Notes under the pieces: model-generated
Told to the model about the DNA's origin: nothing
What the model saw: the letters and a program-made list of their open reading frames with translations, nothing else
Database searches by the model: none
Position numbers and translations under genes: made by a program
Shown here: positions 60,241-64,000 of the stretch, in pieces
Layout of the letters: the number at the start of each line of letters is the position of its first letter
Numbering within the stretch: the stretch's first letter is position 1
Source: a bacterium
GTDB taxonomy: Bacteria; SAR324; XYD2-FULL-50-16; G965216635
Reading direction: 5' to 3'
Assembly: GCA_965216635.1 (NCBI GenBank)
Contig: OZ244188.1
Location: forward strand, 1,984,001 to 2,048,000
Length of the DNA: 64,000 nucleotides

Positions 60241-61680
60241 ATGGCAAAATACGATTACAACATAATAAGCATAGGAGCCGGTTCTGCGGGACTAGTTACC
60301 AGCTATATTGGAGCAATACTCAAAGCAAGAGTTGCTCTAATTGAAAGACATAAAATGGGCGGAGACTGTCTAAATACAGGTTGTGTTCCCAGCAAAGCTT
60401 TAATTAAAACCGCAAAAGTAATTCAGAGTTTCAAAAAACATAAAGTATATGGATTAGAAGAAGCTTCTTACAAGTTAAATTTTAAAGCGGTGATGGAGCA
60501 GGTGCAAGAGGTTATCCGTAAAATTGAGCCTCACGATAGTGTAGAGAGGTATAGCAAACTCGGGGTAGAATGCTATAAAAATGAAGCTCGTTTGCTCTCG
60601 CCTCACGAAATAGAACTAGACGACGGCAAAAAAATTACCGCAAAAAACATAGTGATTGCCACAGGAGCGAGACCTGCGGTACTTCCCATAACAGGACTAG
60701 ATTCTTTAGATTATGTGCATTCTGATAATATTTGGGATTTAAAAGAATGCCCCGAAAGAATGCTATTCTTGGGAGGAGGTCCTATAGGTTGTGAGTTGGC
60801 GCAATGTTTTGCTAGGTTAGGAAGTAAGGTGACGATTATAGATATTGCCCCCACCATTTTGCCTAGGGAGGATCCTGAAATTGCTCGCTTTGTGATTGAT
60901 TCTTTTAAGAGCGACGGCATTGATTTTATTGGAGAAGCTAAAATTGATAGGTTTGAAAAAAACAGCAACGTAGAAAAAGTCTATTACCAACAAGGCGGCA
61001 AAGATCAAGTTTTAGAGTTTGATAAAATTTTTTTAGGTACAGGTAGGCAAGCGAATACTAAGGGGTTTGGAATAGAAGAGCTTGGCATAGAATTGAATCC
61101 TAATAAGACTCTAAAAGTTAATGATTATTTGCAGACCACAGTGCCTAATATTTATGGGTGCGGAGATGTTGTAGGTCCTTTTCAATTTACACATATGGCG
61201 TCTCATCAGGCGTGGTATTGTGCGGTAAATTCTTTATTTTCCCCTTTCAAAAAATTTAAAGTAGATTATTCTGTTGTGCCATGGGTTACCTATACGGATC
61301 CTGAAGTAGCTCAAGTAGGTGAGAATGAAATTTCTTGCCAACAAAAAGGTTTGGCTTTTGAAGTCACCCGTTATGGAATAGACGACCTAGATAGAGCAAT
61401 AGCGGATAGAGAAGATAGAGGGATAGTAAAAATAATTACTGTGCCTAAAAAAGATACTATACTAGGCTGCACTATTTGCGCTCAAAATGCAGGAGAAATG
61501 ATAGGCGAGTTTATTTTGGCAATGAAAAACAAAATCGGATTAAATAAAATTTTAGGAACTATTCATCCCTATCCCACAATGATTGAGGCGAATAAATACG
61601 CTGCTGGACAATGGAAAAGTGCCAATGCTCCCCAAAAGATTTTAAATTTTTTAGGGAAGTTTCATAGCTGGAGGAGATAG
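60241..61680 (+). CDS. pyridine nucleotide-disulfide oxidoreductase (LpdA/MerA-like)
   Basis: GAGSAG, GGDCLNTGCVPSK, GGGPIG, HPYPT; no C-terminal Cys pair. Confidence 0.88.
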   Translation: MAKYDYNIISIGAGSAGLVTSYIGAILKARVALIERHKMGGDCLNTGCVPSKALIKTAKVIQSFKKHKVYGLEEASYKLNFKAVMEQVQEVIRKIEPHDSVERYSKLGVECYKNEARLLSPHEIELDDGKKITAKNIVIATGARPAVLPITGLDSLDYVHSDNIWDLKECPERMLFLGGGPIGCELAQCFARLGSKVTIIDIAPTILPREDPEIARFVIDSFKSDGIDFIGEAKIDRFEKNSNVEKVYYQQGGKDQVLEFDKIFLGTGRQANTKGFGIEELGIELNPNKTLKVNDYLQTTVPNIYGCGDVVGPFQFTHMASHQAWYCAVNSLFSPFKKFKVDYSVVPWVTYTDPEVAQVGENEISCQQKGLAFEVTRYGIDDLDRAIADREDRGIVKIITVPKKDTILGCTICAQNAGEMIGEFILAMKNKIGLNKILGTIHPYPTMIEANKYAAGQWKSANAPQKILNFLGKFHSWRR

Positions 61681-61753
61681 AAAATTTATGTAAAGCGGTG
61701 AAAGGTAAGTGATTGGCTTTCAAAGGTCTATAGGATAATTTGCATTATTTAAA

Positions 61754-62027
61754 ATGATTGAGCTAAACAAGATCTACAGCGAGGATTGCCTGTAGTAGCT
61801 ATGTTAAGGATGCCAGAGTGTTTTGTAGATATGACTATTACCTCTCCGCCTTATGATAATATGAGAAAATACGAGGGAAACAACAATATTCAATTTAAAA
61901 AAATAGCAAAAGAATTATATCGCATAACAAAAAAAGGAGCCGTTGTTGTTTGGATAATAGGAGATCAAACCAAAAATTGGGATGAGTCTGGAACTTCTTT
62001 TATGCAGTGTTTGTATTTTAAAGAGAT
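61754..62027 (+). pseudogene. beta-class DNA methyltransferase, frameshifted and truncated
   Basis: MIELNKIYSEDCL then frameshift near 61790; VDMTITSPPY...WIIGDQT...ESGTSF; motif I half missing. Confidence 0.8.
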
Positions 62028-62252
62028 GGATATGATAAAGGAAAAGATAGAGAACCAGAATATAGAAAAAAATGCACTAATTGTGGCATTGAAAAAGACA
62101 AGAGAGAATTTGATATAAATCAAATTCAAGCTGGAGATAGAATTGTTAGAAGAGGCGAATGCAAAGAGTGTCGTAAATGGAAAAAACCGATACCTCTAAA
62201 AAGAGCTATAAAATGGCTTCAAAAAACAGTAAATTTTTTTTTAAACCTGTAG
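62028..62252 (+). pseudogene. Hpy99I-like Zn-finger restriction endonuclease fragment
   Basis: Manual translation ...KKCTNCGIEKDKREFDINQ...RRGECKECRK...LKRAIKWLQK; no start codon, nuclease core absent. Confidence 0.6.
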
Positions 62253-62320
62253 GGGATGTTTTTTTTTCCCAAAATGGTTGCTTAGTCAACCATTTGGAGC
62301 AAAAAATAATGTCCCCTGCA
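62248..62320. repeat. palindromic element with TGTAGGGGA/TCCCCTGCA ends
   Basis: Outer IR plus inner aaatggttg/caaccattt IR. Confidence 0.7.
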
Positions 62321-62400
62321 ATATTTTTGTTTTTTTATTTAGTTTTTTGTGATTTTTCTTTTTATTTTCACCTTTTTGTCTATCTTTTTGTTTTTTAGTA

Positions 62401-62429
62401 TTGACTTTAAAGGAGAATTATAATATTGT
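62401..62429 (+). promoter_or_regulatory. candidate sigma70 promoter of OMP paralog 4
   Basis: TTGACT-17 bp-TATTGT, about 70 bp upstream of the ORF. Confidence 0.4.
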
Positions 62430-62498
62430 AAGGTTTTTAGATAGATTTTAGATCTATATTTTCTTTTTTCTGTGTTTAATTTAAATTAAAAAATTAAA

Positions 62499-63962
62499 AT
62501 GTCAAATAAAATTATAGGTAAAATTACTGGTAATATTACTGGTAAAACGCCAAATAAAATTACAAATAAAATTATAGGTAAAATTACTGGTAATATTACA
62601 GGTAAAATGAATAGTAAAAATTTTACTGGATCGGGTGCTGGCTTGTTTAAGGGTAGGTTTGCTGGTTCGTTTAAGGCTGTCTTTTTCGTGGGTTTGCTCT
62701 TTTCTCTTGTAGGTGTGGCGAATAGTCTGCAAGCCCAAGAAGGAGAACAAGCAGGAAAACAAGCAGGACAGCAGGGTTGGTTTGTTGGTGTTAGTCCTTT
62801 TGTGATGGATGTAAAGCTCAAAAAAACAAGCAGGCGAGTAGGTGAGGAAAGGACGGAAGTAAGCAAATTAGTAACTGAAGTAGTAAGCCCGGTAGTAGCT
62901 GCTATTAGCTACGACGCCACTGTGCCTAACTTTGATTTAAATGCAGTACACAGAGTGAGGTTTGGGTCGAGTACAAGTGGATCCCGCCAAGCATCTGCTA
63001 ATTCAGCAAGCTTAGAGGCTGAATTGTTGTGTGAGAATGGAACGATCCGTGAAATAACGCAAAGAGATGATCTAGGAGACATCCATGGTCAGCCATCATT
63101 TGCTGCAAACCCAGATACCATTTATTTGGTTAGCTACGATGAAACGACAGTCTTAACAGTTGGTCTAAGCCAAATCTTACAAAATACACCAGCAACAACG
63201 ACTGATATTAGTGCATCGGATTGTAAAGATTTTTTTGAGTCAGCTTTATCTTCCTCTGCTCCAATGACAACCTTACTCCCAGGCAAGCCACCTGAAAAAC
63301 TACCAGACAAAACCTCAGAAGAAACCTCAAAACTCAAGGGAACAGGAATCTCGTTCGGTTTTAACTTTGAAAAATACTCCTTGTCTTTCAACCAACTCCA
63401 ATGGAGCGCAGGAGACGACAAGCTGCAAGCCCAGGTGCTTTTAGCCCGTTATTTTCTACCCTACGGTCTTTCTGTAGGAGGTGGTTTAGCGAGCGCAAAG
63501 CTAGGCACATCTTTTGGCTCGGCATCGGGCACAGCACCCGCCTTGCATTTTGCCTACAATTATCCCGTTACAAAAAACTTACAGATTCAGGTAAGTTTAT
63601 TTTGGCTAGGGCTGGATCTTGCGGTGCAGGATACCCAGATCATTAATTCTACTCCTACGACTACGACTACTGCTTCTACTCTAACTACTGCTGCTCCTAC
63701 TTTCCAAAGGAGAGCCGTCGTTGGTCTGCAGCGGAGAGGCGGGCATGACGACAATGACTATGAGGCGGAAAAAAGTGATAGATTTGGTGTTGGCAATGAG
63801 TATGATACTAGAGTAGTGGTTACTGCAACGATTCCCAGCGAAGTGAGAACAACAACGACTACAAGCACTACAAAAACTGTGAGCGGAGGGCGACGCCACC
63901 GAGCCGCAGAAATCAAAAACCCCGCCACCATTAGCATAAATTTCATCTGGCGCTTTCGTTAA
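62499..63962 (+). CDS. predicted outer-membrane beta-barrel protein, distant paralog 4
   Basis: LQAQ, QGWFVG, LCE, SKLKGTGISFG, VGGGLASAKL, KNLQIQ, AEIKNPATISINFIWRF align with blocks of paralogs 1-3; start uncertain because the leader is repetitive. Confidence 0.72.
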   Translation: MSNKIIGKITGNITGKTPNKITNKIIGKITGNITGKMNSKNFTGSGAGLFKGRFAGSFKAVFFVGLLFSLVGVANSLQAQEGEQAGKQAGQQGWFVGVSPFVMDVKLKKTSRRVGEERTEVSKLVTEVVSPVVAAISYDATVPNFDLNAVHRVRFGSSTSGSRQASANSASLEAELLCENGTIREITQRDDLGDIHGQPSFAANPDTIYLVSYDETTVLTVGLSQILQNTPATTTDISASDCKDFFESALSSSAPMTTLLPGKPPEKLPDKTSEETSKLKGTGISFGFNFEKYSLSFNQLQWSAGDDKLQAQVLLARYFLPYGLSVGGGLASAKLGTSFGSASGTAPALHFAYNYPVTKNLQIQVSLFWLGLDLAVQDTQIINSTPTTTTTASTLTTAAPTFQRRAVVGLQRRGGHDDNDYEAEKSDRFGVGNEYDTRVVVTATIPSEVRTTTTTSTTKTVSGGRRHRAAEIKNPATISINFIWRFR

Positions 63963-64000
63963 GGAAGCTTCTGGAAAATGCCTATCATGCCTGCAGGGGA

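Noticed and set aside
60241..61680. Mercuric reductase merA
   Set aside because: No C-terminal Cys-Cys pair, no NmerA domain and no mer genes nearby
19053..63946. Antisense and shadow ORFs (e.g. 19053-19460, 23191-23496, 62486-62866, 63134-63421)
   Set aside because: They lie opposite better-supported genes and have low-complexity translations without motifs

Overview
AT-rich bacterial chromosomal window, probably spanning the replication origin (dnaN<-dnaA / mnmG->, with DnaA-trios just upstream of dnaN). Gene content loosely suggests a deltaproteobacterial/SAR324-like organism, but this is inference only. Housekeeping genes include hisC/G/E, lpxK, alaS, nuoJK, fldA, mpl, pdxA, sthA, fmt, apt, gloB, msrB, tatA, moaD, tatD, ald, thiB with a TPP riboswitch, and thrB, plus tRNA-Ser(GGA) and tRNA-Arg(GCG). 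Accessory elements are interspersed. (1) A tandem triplet (18.6-24.8 kb) and a distant fourth copy (62.5-64 kb) of predicted outer-membrane beta-barrel proteins with conserved scaffolds and two hypervariable inserts; each triplet gene is followed by a GTAG-REP tandem array nested in a TGCAGGGA/TCCCTGCA inverted repeat. (2) An integrase-less array (51.9-55.2 kb) in which a constant module of small unknown ORFs ending in a degenerate attC-like site alternates with variable cargo genes. (3) A modular MITE-like family with about 10 copies and a filled/empty site pair. (4) BcgI-like and EcoRV-like R-M systems, an orphan MTase and a deleted Hpy99I-like R-M relic. (5) An AbrB/VapC module flanked by a synonymous 69-bp gene-end duplication, and a decayed TA islet beside tRNA-Ser. 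No CRISPR array, integrase, transposase or reverse transcriptase was recognised. All family calls are from motif recognition by eye; no database searches were run.
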